This document shows, piece after piece, positions 37,006-46,700 of a stretch of 64,000 nt of DNA. Source of the DNA: a virus. Location: positions 14,392-78,391 of the IMG/VR virus record IMGVR_UViG_3300042888_000160. One strand, given 5' to 3'. The notes below the pieces were generated by a model, which was not told where the DNA came from, searched no databases, and saw nothing but the letters and a program-made list of their open reading frames with translations. Every line of letters begins with the position of its first letter. Position 1 is the first letter of the stretch. The translations under genes and the position numbers were made by a program.

Positions 37006-39648
37006 TTATCTTGCTAAAAATTTATCTACCCCTGGATACAAATTCCTTAATAATGGAAGTAATGTTGCATCACTTTGTACTTCTAACCATCTTGGAAAAT
37101 TATCAATACTAGTAATACCTTGTCTTCCTGGCCATACAATAGGAATTGTTTCGCCTCGTTTATTCTTTAGATTGAAAGTTACAGTACCATTTCCATTACC
37201 TTGATCTCTTAAGTTTGCATAGATGTCTAATGAAACACTCTTCTGACCACTGTCATAGTTTCCAAAATCATTTGGTGCATACTGTGAAAGTTCAACATTT
37301 TTAGTAGGGTTAGTAACTCCACCAAAACTAAACATTTGCATTTGTGTACTAGCAGCTTTATTTAACCACTGCTCTCCTAAGTTCTTTTTAATCCAATCTC
37401 TACTAACTGGAATGTTTTGGAAATTTCCAGAGTCATCTTGAACTTGAATCTTATACGCATCACCTGCACGTTCAACACCAAATCCTAATATTGCATCAGA
37501 ACCTTTCTTACTTAGTACTTCTAACAAGTTTTCTGCATCATAATCTTTACCACCACCTTCTTGTCTTAAATCATTAGATACAACGTTTCTAAGTTTATCA
37601 ATAAAGTTTTGTTTAGTATTTCCTTCTTTACCACTGAATGTAATTCCAGCACCTTCAGTTTTAAATGGTCCTGCATAAGGTGCAAGTATTTCTACCTTTC
37701 TTTCTGCAATTTTACTAGAAATGTCATTGTACTTTGATCTACTAGGATTAAGTGTTGTACTTAAATACGCATTAGCAACCTGATCTTTTACTCTTCCACC
37801 ACCTGCAGATACGTATCTACCTTGATTCTTAAGATAGTTATATAACTCTAGTTCTCTAGCATTCATTCTACCTGATGCACTGATTGTAATTGCTGGCTGT
37901 CCTCCACCTCCTGGTGTAGCAAGAGGAACACTTGTAGTTTTCTCAAATTTATTTTGGTAATTTAGTACTTCTTCTGCTGTAAATGTTTGTCTACCTTTTG
38001 TACCAGGAATAGTTAATCTAGGCAACTTAGTAAGATCATCACGCATCATTCCATAAATACCTTTTCCTCCAGTAACATAATCTGTAGCTTTTTTAGTAGC
38101 CTCATTAAAAATTATATCTTTCTTACCAATGTATCTTTCATTAGATAAGTAGTTATCCATAATTTGCTTAATGCTATTATCATCTGGTTTGTTTCCAACA
38201 GGATCTTTTTTATATGCAGCAATCTTAGCATCAAGTTCAGCATCTGTAAGATCACTAAACATTCCACCCATCTTATCTTTGAGTTGAGTTCTTAATCCAA
38301 CATTAGCAGTTCTGTATTTTTGTGTATCATTTACCCAGTTTACAACAGCTCTTCTATCTTGTTCTGTCTCATTACCTACACCTGTAAACTCAGGACCTTG
38401 TCCACCACTAGGATTCATCTTTTGATTATACTCACCTTCTTTTCTTATATCTTCTTTAATCTCTCTTTGCTCTTTACCTCTAGCTATTCTTCTAGCCTCT
38501 GCTTTATCAAATTGACTGTTTGCTTCAACTACACGTTTAAACTCTTGCTCAGCTCTCCAGTTCTCTTGTGATTGCAAAGGACTAGTCATTATCTCATTCT
38601 TGATCTTAGCGTATGCAAAAGCATTTGAATACTCATCGATAGTGTTACGTAAGAATATTTGAGACTTTACTTGATCTAACTTATCTGGATCAGCCAGCTC
38701 AGCAAGCGATTGTTGTTGTTGAATACGAAGTGCACTAGGAATATCCATGTATGGATCACCTATCTCTCTTTCATATTGAGCAATTAGTTTTTTAGTTTCT
38801 AATATTTTATCTGGATCAGTAAGTCCTGGGAGTTGTGTCTTCAATTGCTTAAGACGTGCAGAACCAATCTCAAAATTTTTATTAGTACCTTCTGTAATTA
38901 ATTTAGCAATATCCTTTTCACCATATTGTCTATAGTTATAGATGCCATCCTCACGCATTGCCTCAAGATCATCAGCATTTAGTACAGCATTGATGGCTGT
39001 ACGAATCTTACCTTCACTTAACGTTTCATTTGAATAACGTTGCATCACTTCAGAAATATTAACCTTACCTGTTGCAGGATCAGTAAAATATGCAATATCT
39101 TCTTGCGTTAAATTTGGCTCAAGAGTCTTAATAACCTCAAGTATCTTTTTATCATACTCACTAGTTCTAGGTCTGTATTGTCCAGTAAATCGTTGACCAA
39201 CTTCTTTGTTAGACATATACTTATCTAGCTCTTTGTTATAGATGTATTCACCAGCTTTATTCAACTTACCATTCTTTAAATCTGCATCAATACGCTGTTG
39301 TTGTTTCTTAGCATTAGCTGTAGAGAATACAGCATTCTGAATATTGTCATCTTTAATAATCTGACCTGCCATGCCACCAACAGCTGATACTAATTGTTGA
39401 TTAGAGAAGTCTCCACCAGCAACTGATGTTAACTTAGACCCTAGTTGATTAAGTTTTGATTGTAAGTATTCTTTATCTGCACCATTAAGTATTTCCATTC
39501 CTGCTACATTATCAATGTAGCTTTGAATCTTTTGCACACCCTGATCATACTGGGCTTGCTTTTGCATGCCCACTTTCACCATCGCATCAACAGGGAGTTG
39601 AGAGACGTAAGGGTTAAATTGCGTTATGCTATCTGTAAATGAAGCCAT
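37006..39648 (-). CDS. Virion ejection protein, first of three
   Basis: 880 aa; N-terminal FNPYVSQLP...KQAQYD; position immediately upstream of the RNAP gene as in crAss-like phages. Confidence 0.7.
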   Translation of the reverse strand: MASFTDSITQFNPYVSQLPVDAMVKVGMQKQAQYDQGVQKIQSYIDNVAGMEILNGADKEYLQSKLNQLGSKLTSVAGGDFSNQQLVSAVGGMAGQIIKDDNIQNAVFSTANAKKQQQRIDADLKNGKLNKAGEYIYNKELDKYMSNKEVGQRFTGQYRPRTSEYDKKILEVIKTLEPNLTQEDIAYFTDPATGKVNISEVMQRYSNETLSEGKIRTAINAVLNADDLEAMREDGIYNYRQYGEKDIAKLITEGTNKNFEIGSARLKQLKTQLPGLTDPDKILETKKLIAQYEREIGDPYMDIPSALRIQQQQSLAELADPDKLDQVKSQIFLRNTIDEYSNAFAYAKIKNEIMTSPLQSQENWRAEQEFKRVVEANSQFDKAEARRIARGKEQREIKEDIRKEGEYNQKMNPSGGQGPEFTGVGNETEQDRRAVVNWVNDTQKYRTANVGLRTQLKDKMGGMFSDLTDAELDAKIAAYKKDPVGNKPDDNSIKQIMDNYLSNERYIGKKDIIFNEATKKATDYVTGGKGIYGMMRDDLTKLPRLTIPGTKGRQTFTAEEVLNYQNKFEKTTSVPLATPGGGGQPAITISASGRMNARELELYNYLKNQGRYVSAGGGRVKDQVANAYLSTTLNPSRSKYNDISSKIAERKVEILAPYAGPFKTEGAGITFSGKEGNTKQNFIDKLRNVVSNDLRQEGGGKDYDAENLLEVLSKKGSDAILGFGVERAGDAYKIQVQDDSGNFQNIPVSRDWIKKNLGEQWLNKAASTQMQMFSFGGVTNPTKNVELSQYAPNDFGNYDSGQKSVSLDIYANLRDQGNGNGTVTFNLKNKRGETIPIVWPGRQGITSIDNFPRWLEVQSDATLLPLLRNLYPGVDKFLAR

Positions 39649-39664
39649 GAGTGAGTATAATTAA

Positions 39665-39694
39665 CAAATATAATTTAAAATATTATATATACAA
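39665..39694 (-). promoter_or_regulatory. Bacteroidota sigma70-type promoter for the ejection/RNAP operon
   Basis: TTG (39694-39692) - 19 nt - TATATTTG (39672-39665) on - strand, 16 nt before ATG 39648. Confidence 0.75.
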
Positions 39695-39736
39695 CGACTA
39701 CTAACAAAAGTTAGTAATCTTGTATAATTAATCTAA

Positions 39737-42700
39737 TTAGAGATTCTTGATAGCTTTAACAATTGCACCATTTCTTTTAGTAGCTTTTGTTTCTTTTGGT
39801 AACTTATATCCAACTAATTTTGGTTTGCCAGTAGTTTCATCTGTATCATAATCTGGTAACATACCATTAGGCATTGCACCTAATCCACTAGTTGTTGCAT
39901 TTACACCACCATCATAATTAAAGAATTGTGGATTATTAAGATTGTAAGCCTGACCATCTCTATTAAAACGATAGTTATATAAGTTCTCCATAACTCCAAG
40001 TTGTCTGTTCTCAAGCTTATTCTTAGCAGTCTTATCTGCAATAGACTTCATTGCTTCTATGGCTTGTTGCTTAGTCTTACTCACACCTTCAGATTGACGA
40101 ACATATTGAGTGTCATAAATTGCTAAGTTCTTTAATTGTGCATCATTAAGAACACTACGATTTTGTTCAGCTACACGTTGTTGCTCAGCTTGGTTCATTC
40201 TAAACTGTTCTCCTAAGATTTTATTTCTAGCATTGTATGCACCTGCAGCAATCATTGATGCAGCTTCAGGATTGTATGCAGACATTCTCTCAGCAGCACG
40301 AGTTTGTGCTGTCACCTCATTCAATTGATCTTGAAGACTGAATGATGTTGGTGAAGCTAACAATGGTTGGAATGTTTGAGCTTGTACAGGTTCTAATTGA
40401 TTTGTTGCCAATGCCATCATCTCTGGTGCTAATTGTGCAGCATCTAAATTTTCAACATCACTAGGACGAAATTGACCCAAAGCTGAGCTTGCTCCAATTG
40501 CACCTAACTTTAATAAATCTTTATCAAAATTAAAATTAAATCTTTTTTTACGTTGCTCATCTACTGTAAGATCTTCTTCAAGATCTAAAGATGGCATTGT
40601 AATATCAGGACGTTGGAAGTTAACATCAATAGGTCTAAGTCCTGGAGTTGCAAGACTAGTAATGTTTTCATAATAAGGTTTCTTTCTTATGTTAGGATTT
40701 TCAATAATAATATCATCAGATTGAATACTACCTTCTCTAGGACTAATACTTTCATTAGACTCTTGAGGAACTGTTACAGATTCTTGTGCAACAGGAGCTG
40801 GTTGAGCAACAGTAGTAGAACTATCAAGAGGAGTATAAACAAATTCTGTTGGATATGGAACATCTCCTTCTTTCATCCTTTGTTCTGCAGTAAACTGACG
40901 ATTAAGTTCATTAAGAGCTTTATTATAACCTACAGGATCATTCTTTTTAAATTCTGCTTCTTTTTGTTTTTTATCTGCAAGACTAAGACGTCTTCCAAAC
41001 ATTCTAGAATATTCATAATCTTCTAATGGTCCAGATCCTGCTACAAAAGGTTTAGCTGCATACTTTGCTAATCCTACATAGTCATCAAAGAACTCTTTAC
41101 GTGTATCGCTATTAATATCAGAAGGATTATTTGCAATTATACTATCGTAATATCTATCTTGCTCAGCATCTAATTTAGCCAGAAATGTATCAGGATCTTC
41201 GTTATAAGCTTTAAGAATATCAGCTTTACTCTTTTGCCAATCTTTATTACCTGTAATATCTTTATCTTTACGTTGGTTTTTAGTAGCAGCTCTATCTTTA
41301 ACACTCATCTTACCAGCAGCCACCATAAGTTCTCCATAAGGATCACCTGTGTTAATAGCCATTTGTAAAGCACGAGTTCTTAATCCTGCTGGAAGATCCT
41401 TCACTTTAGACCAGTAGTTCTTGTAATAAAATTCTTTTGCTTGCTCAGGAGTTTTTATTTTAGGATCATTTGTTCCATAGTTAGAACCACCTCCACGATA
41501 GTTACCTGCTTCATAACTATTAGCTTGTTCTAATTGTATAGCTTGATCAATAAAGTTGTTAAACTCAGTCTCATATTTCTTACCTTGTTTTCCACCTTTG
41601 TCAAACATTATCTTTTTACCAAACTCAGCATACATATTGTTATCTTTATCCATCTTGATTTTACCTTTGGCAAGTTCATCGCTCTTAACACCATACTCTT
41701 CTGCTGTATCAAGAATTGCATTCTGTACAGCAGCTGTGTCTAGCTTTCTCTCAGCGATTGTTCTAAGTTTCAAATCACCACCCATCATCATAGCTTTACC
41801 AGAGTTAAATGCTAATTGATCAAACTCATTACCAGTGTCATAATCGTTAACTAGTTGAACACCTTTCTCTATTGATTTATTTACTTTAGCTTCTTGCTTA
41901 GATAAACTAGCAATGTAGTGTTTGAATTTCTTACCTTTAGCTTTAGGATCATTTATTTCGTTAACTCCATATTCAGGAATCATCATGTTTCCATAAACAA
42001 CAAGATTCTCTTGCTTACCACCATCTTCCATCTTGATCGCAGGTTCTCCACCTTCAACCTCTACACCATTGTTTCCAAATGATACAGGCATGCCACCATT
42101 GTCATGAGAAGGGCCTCTAAACATAATAGTCTCACCACTACCTGGAAGATATGGATTGTATGACATTGTTTCTGCTTCTCCACGATGTACTTGTAGATCT
42201 CCACCCATTGCCATCTGTGTACCATACTCAGCTCTACCTGTATACATAGCAGCTGCACTAGGAGGTGTATATTCTTTTAAATGTCCCCCTGCACGATACT
42301 GTGGCATACCATCTTGAGCAAATGCGCGCACTTGAGATACATCAGCATCGCCAAACTTTGCAATGACTTGTGGCTGCCAATCATGACTCACCCATCCACC
42401 ATGTTCCATGAATGCTTTATTCTGAGTTTGTAGATTTTGTGTTCCTGATTGGAATGCAGAAGCTTGTAAGTTTTGATCAAGTTTATCTTGAGCAGCTTGT
42501 GTTTGTTTTTGTCCTTTTGAATCAAATAAACCACCAGCAAGTCCACCTAATGTAGAACCAATAAAACTACCTACTCCTGGAATAGGAATAGCCATACCAA
42601 GAATACCACCAACAGCAGAACCAATTGTAGAACCAGGTCCACCTTTACCACTACCTCCTCCTATCTTAGAACCTAACATTCCACCAAGACTTCCTCCTTG

Positions 42701-43651
42701 TCCTGAGAAAGAATCTAATGTAATTCCACCTACTGCTTTATTTAGCTTACCACCTTTCTTAAAGTTCTTAAGTTTATTAGCATCATTCAATGGTTCAAAT
42801 CCAAGATCAGTATACATTGTATCTGGATTGTTATACATGTTCTGAATCTCTGTAGGGTTACCTCCTATCATTGTTCCATTAGCTGCAGCAAGATAGTTAG
42901 TACCTGTACCAAGAGGTCTAAAGTTTTCCATCACCTGATCCTCTGGACGAACGTAACGTCTCTTAGGTTGCTCAGCTCTTGATGAGGCTGCTTGTAATGT
43001 AAGATCACTAACCTTACCATACATTTGTTGTTTCTTAAGATCTTTTTTATTTTGTGATATATCTTGAATAGCACCAATAATACTTCCTGCTTGTGAAGCA
43101 AGTGCGCCAGGCATTTGTTTAAATGCGCCTGCGTAATCAAAACTTCTATCTGTAGATGCTGGAATATCCTCCATCTTACTTAATCCAAACCCTTTAGTTT
43201 TTGCTAAGTTAACTGCATTAACTTTAGGCATAGCTGGAGGTTTGATAAGTCCTTCAAAACCATTAGCAGCCTTCTTCAACATCTTACCATTTCTTGCACC
43301 ACCACCTACTAGTTGTGCAATCATAGCAGGATCAATACTACCAAGAATATCAGCAAGACCACCACCTTGTTGTCCTGATGCATTAGCAATAGCTTGCTGA
43401 GAAGCTAGTGCTTCTTGTCTTTGTTGTTCTTCTGGACTAATACCATATACAGAAGCTTGAGCATTTGATGCTAGGTTATCATAAGATATGGGTTTAGTCA
43501 TAGGTGTTTGTTCTCCACCAATCATTGTACCCACTTGAGCTTTCTTCAAAGCTTTGCCATGCTTCTTCATGAAAGCCTCCTCTGTTGGAAACTTCTTGTA
43601 GAACTCTTTCTCGTTCTTAACGCCAGCAATTTTTAAAATTTGAGCTTTCAT
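39737..43651 (-). CDS. Internal virion cargo protein with an inserted lysozyme-like (GH108-like) domain
   Basis: GPSHDNGG..VEVEGGE motif of crAss-like cargo proteins; Gly-rich hydrophobic hairpin; Q/N/A-rich C-terminal helix; GH108-like segment at ~41075-41570. Confidence 0.65.
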   Translation of the reverse strand: MKAQILKIAGVKNEKEFYKKFPTEEAFMKKHGKALKKAQVGTMIGGEQTPMTKPISYDNLASNAQASVYGISPEEQQRQEALASQQAIANASGQQGGGLADILGSIDPAMIAQLVGGGARNGKMLKKAANGFEGLIKPPAMPKVNAVNLAKTKGFGLSKMEDIPASTDRSFDYAGAFKQMPGALASQAGSIIGAIQDISQNKKDLKKQQMYGKVSDLTLQAASSRAEQPKRRYVRPEDQVMENFRPLGTGTNYLAAANGTMIGGNPTEIQNMYNNPDTMYTDLGFEPLNDANKLKNFKKGGKLNKAVGGITLDSFSGQGGSLGGMLGSKIGGGSGKGGPGSTIGSAVGGILGMAIPIPGVGSFIGSTLGGLAGGLFDSKGQKQTQAAQDKLDQNLQASAFQSGTQNLQTQNKAFMEHGGWVSHDWQPQVIAKFGDADVSQVRAFAQDGMPQYRAGGHLKEYTPPSAAAMYTGRAEYGTQMAMGGDLQVHRGEAETMSYNPYLPGSGETIMFRGPSHDNGGMPVSFGNNGVEVEGGEPAIKMEDGGKQENLVVYGNMMIPEYGVNEINDPKAKGKKFKHYIASLSKQEAKVNKSIEKGVQLVNDYDTGNEFDQLAFNSGKAMMMGGDLKLRTIAERKLDTAAVQNAILDTAEEYGVKSDELAKGKIKMDKDNNMYAEFGKKIMFDKGGKQGKKYETEFNNFIDQAIQLEQANSYEAGNYRGGGSNYGTNDPKIKTPEQAKEFYYKNYWSKVKDLPAGLRTRALQMAINTGDPYGELMVAAGKMSVKDRAATKNQRKDKDITGNKDWQKSKADILKAYNEDPDTFLAKLDAEQDRYYDSIIANNPSDINSDTRKEFFDDYVGLAKYAAKPFVAGSGPLEDYEYSRMFGRRLSLADKKQKEAEFKKNDPVGYNKALNELNRQFTAEQRMKEGDVPYPTEFVYTPLDSSTTVAQPAPVAQESVTVPQESNESISPREGSIQSDDIIIENPNIRKKPYYENITSLATPGLRPIDVNFQRPDITMPSLDLEEDLTVDEQRKKRFNFNFDKDLLKLGAIGASSALGQFRPSDVENLDAAQLAPEMMALATNQLEPVQAQTFQPLLASPTSFSLQDQLNEVTAQTRAAERMSAYNPEAASMIAAGAYNARNKILGEQFRMNQAEQQRVAEQNRSVLNDAQLKNLAIYDTQYVRQSEGVSKTKQQAIEAMKSIADKTAKNKLENRQLGVMENLYNYRFNRDGQAYNLNNPQFFNYDGGVNATTSGLGAMPNGMLPDYDTDETTGKPKLVGYKLPKETKATKRNGAIVKAIKNL

Positions 43652-43652
43652 A

Positions 43653-45821
43653 TTATTGGTATTTGTCTAACCAGCTTCCTGGCTGTTTGGTATTGTAATT
43701 AGTAAAGTTACTTAATTGATCCAGCTTTGTCAACTGTCCACCTTGTTCGTATTCATTGCGTTGAGTATATGCTTGAATAGCATCTGTAGCTCTTCCTGCA
43801 TTTGGTCCATACTTACCAGTAGCTTTTAAAAGCTCAGCAGCAACTTTTGCATTTCTTTTTTGTCTTTTAGTAAGTGCTAAACCTGTAGAAAGAGCATCTA
43901 CTGCTCTTCCAAATTGTTTAGCTTTACCTAACATTGGTATTGCACCAAAAGCTTCCATAGCAGTTTGACCAGACATTCCTGTTTGATTGTATGATCTATA
44001 AATATCATCCCAAGAACTTATACCTGATGGATCAATTATCTCAAAGATATTCTCACCAAGTGTATCTGGCTGATTGCCCTGATAGTTACTAGGACGAGTA
44101 TATCTTGGTATATTACCCACTCTTGTATTATCACTATAGGCAATATTATCACCATCTCTCGATATAGATTTAGGTTTGAAGTCTAACCCTTCTTGATAGA
44201 ACTTCATCTCTGTTCCATTCTGTGCAGAAGCTTTTGTCTTCTTAGCATACTTACCATTGCTAGGAGTAGTCCCTGTACGTGCGTACATGAATCCTGTAGC
44301 TCCTGGTATACCTTGTGTAGCTCCACCAATAGATCCACCCATAGCAAACTGTCCTCCCCATGCAGGAGAATAGTTACGTCCTACGTTACTATATCCATCA
44401 CCTTCAAAGCCAGGTCCTGCAGAAGCATTGGAATCATTATAGTTAGGTTGTATAGGACCTCCATCGTTATACTTGTCTAACCATCCACCATTCTTCTTTT
44501 GATCTACAAACTGAGATGCTGCAGCTCCTGCTCCTATAATAGGTGCAACAGATTTATATATATTACGTTTAGTTAAATCAAACATTCCATTATTGCCTGT
44601 TGCTGATTTAACATTGTTTCCATAAGGTACTGCTACTTCACTAAATTCTTTAGGATCTAACGAACGTGTTATAGCATCGCGACCTTCTCTTAAACTTTTT
44701 GGAATATCTCTGTCTGCAAATTCAGTACGTGGATCAATTAAAGGTTTTTCTGAATTTAAATAAACAGATTTTACATAACTATTATAACCTTGCACATCCT
44801 CTAACCCCTGTCCAATACCTGCATAATCTTCTGCTAGTGATTTATGAGGAGTAAAAAAAGAATAGTTTCCTTCGTAACCTGAATTTGAAATACCACTCAT
44901 TTCAGATGGCATAAAAGAAGAAAAATCTCTATCTGTAAAGTGCCCATGATGTAAAATCATAGGATTACCTTTTTCATCTTTGAACTTAGTATTACCAAAT
45001 GCCTTTTTAAAATTTTGACTATTCTGTTGTACAAACTGTTCAGGAGTTCCTTGAAATGCAGAACCATCATTATTTTTCATCCAGCTACCATTAGCCTTTG
45101 CTGTTTTTTCAATAGCATTATACTCCTGCATTAAAGGTACATTATCAGGTATCTCTTTATTCCATTTACCCCAGTTAATTTCTGAAGCAAACTTATTTGT
45201 ATTTTTCTTAAATAATGCTGAAGGATCCATGCTACTTCTTACAACATTTAAGTTCTTTGGTGCTTTAGGTAAACTTCCTAATGGATCAAAGCCTAGTGCT
45301 CCTGCACCTAAAGCTAATCCAGCTTCTGTTGCCAAAGCTTTAACATCCCTATCAATCATAGCATTACCTAATCCTGATGCTGTATTACCAATAAAAGTAA
45401 GTGGATTTATATAATCATCAAATATTTCACCTACACCACTTACATCATTAGGAAACAATCTAAACTTATCTCCTATTGCAAATCGTTTACCATTAGGATT
45501 AATAATATCAGCTTCACTTGATTCAGCAACTGCTTTTTTTCTTTCAGCTAACTTCTTAGCATTAGCTTTCTCAGTCTTAGCCATCACTTGTTTATTGATA
45601 GCTTTATTCTTTTCTAATTGAGCTTTAGTAAGTTTAAGTGCTGGAGCAGCAACTCGTGTTGCATCTGTCTTAGCAACACCACCTTCTTGATATTGATCAA
45701 GCCAGCCACCATTTTTCATAGTATTATCTTTACCACATATGTGACAGACATTCATATCTTCTTTACTGGACTTTGACTTACTCCAGGAATGACCACAAGA
45801 ACATGTAACGTTACCTTTCAT
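43653..45821 (-). CDS. Cargo-like modular protein: N-terminal Zn ribbon, ADP-ribosyltransferase-like domain, repeated WLD(K/Q)Y motifs
   Basis: CSCGHSW...CHICG; DEKGNPMILHHG...FFTP...AEDYA...VYLNSEKP...NVKSATGNNGMFD. Confidence 0.6.
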   Translation of the reverse strand: MKGNVTCSCGHSWSKSKSSKEDMNVCHICGKDNTMKNGGWLDQYQEGGVAKTDATRVAAPALKLTKAQLEKNKAINKQVMAKTEKANAKKLAERKKAVAESSEADIINPNGKRFAIGDKFRLFPNDVSGVGEIFDDYINPLTFIGNTASGLGNAMIDRDVKALATEAGLALGAGALGFDPLGSLPKAPKNLNVVRSSMDPSALFKKNTNKFASEINWGKWNKEIPDNVPLMQEYNAIEKTAKANGSWMKNNDGSAFQGTPEQFVQQNSQNFKKAFGNTKFKDEKGNPMILHHGHFTDRDFSSFMPSEMSGISNSGYEGNYSFFTPHKSLAEDYAGIGQGLEDVQGYNSYVKSVYLNSEKPLIDPRTEFADRDIPKSLREGRDAITRSLDPKEFSEVAVPYGNNVKSATGNNGMFDLTKRNIYKSVAPIIGAGAAASQFVDQKKNGGWLDKYNDGGPIQPNYNDSNASAGPGFEGDGYSNVGRNYSPAWGGQFAMGGSIGGATQGIPGATGFMYARTGTTPSNGKYAKKTKASAQNGTEMKFYQEGLDFKPKSISRDGDNIAYSDNTRVGNIPRYTRPSNYQGNQPDTLGENIFEIIDPSGISSWDDIYRSYNQTGMSGQTAMEAFGAIPMLGKAKQFGRAVDALSTGLALTKRQKRNAKVAAELLKATGKYGPNAGRATDAIQAYTQRNEYEQGGQLTKLDQLSNFTNYNTKQPGSWLDKYQ

Positions 45822-46687
45822 TACTTGTAAGAGATTTGACTTGGAGCAATAACAAATTGTGACACTAAGTGTGCATCAGAACGATCATCTAGAATATGTC
45901 TTACTAATAAACCTTTAGCACGAAAAGGTTCTTTTCTAAATGACTTAACACCATAATTCATGTTAGCTTGATTCAACACCTTATCAACAGACAATGACTC
46001 ACAACTTGTAAAGAACATAGGTTGAGACTTGTTTGCAAGAACATTCCAGAATGTATTGTATTGATAGAAGCTATCACTCTTTGTATATATAATAGTTTTA
46101 CTATCTGTGTTATATATTGGATAGTTCAAATATGCACTTAAGTTATGATAAGGCTTAGGAACTAATTTAATTAATCCTGAACACTGTTGTCCATTATACA
46201 AAATGACCTTGTTAAAGTATTGATCATCTGTTTGAATCTTAGCATTATCATTGTACACACCATCAGGTATAGGGAAATATTTGAATGCACGAGTGTAGTC
46301 TTTCACGTTCTGTAATATCTCATCATGGAATTGATACATAAATGGATACTCAATAACGTAAGGCTCTATCTTATTGTAGAATTTATTATTAACTGTAGTA
46401 TCAACTAAGTGTTTCCACAATGTTCCTGAGTTACTAGGAGTGTACGTAATGTCAGCAATCTGTTGAGCAGTTAAGTTCTGAATAGGAAGATGTAAAACAA
46501 AGTTACATACACCCACTGATTCAAGAACCATCTCTTCAACATCGTCATCTACAGTGTATGTCTGTCCTACAATAAAGTCTTCCTTTGGTACATTAGTAGC
46601 AAAGACAGTTCCTTTATCATCAGAAACATTTAACAATGTCGTTCTGAATCCTGCAGTTTCTAACTTTATAATAACACTTCTAGACAT
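45821..46687 (-). CDS. Probable C-terminal part of the muzzle (tail stabilisation) protein, fused to an N-terminal small beta domain
   Basis: GTLWKH...NKFY...PYVIEY...FNKVILYNGQQCSG; directly follows the 1687-aa ORF. Confidence 0.6.
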   Translation of the reverse strand: MSRSVIIKLETAGFRTTLLNVSDDKGTVFATNVPKEDFIVGQTYTVDDDVEEMVLESVGVCNFVLHLPIQNLTAQQIADITYTPSNSGTLWKHLVDTTVNNKFYNKIEPYVIEYPFMYQFHDEILQNVKDYTRAFKYFPIPDGVYNDNAKIQTDDQYFNKVILYNGQQCSGLIKLVPKPYHNLSAYLNYPIYNTDSKTIIYTKSDSFYQYNTFWNVLANKSQPMFFTSCESLSVDKVLNQANMNYGVKSFRKEPFRAKGLLVRHILDDRSDAHLVSQFVIAPSQISYK

Positions 46688-46700
46688 AATCTTTTATTAT

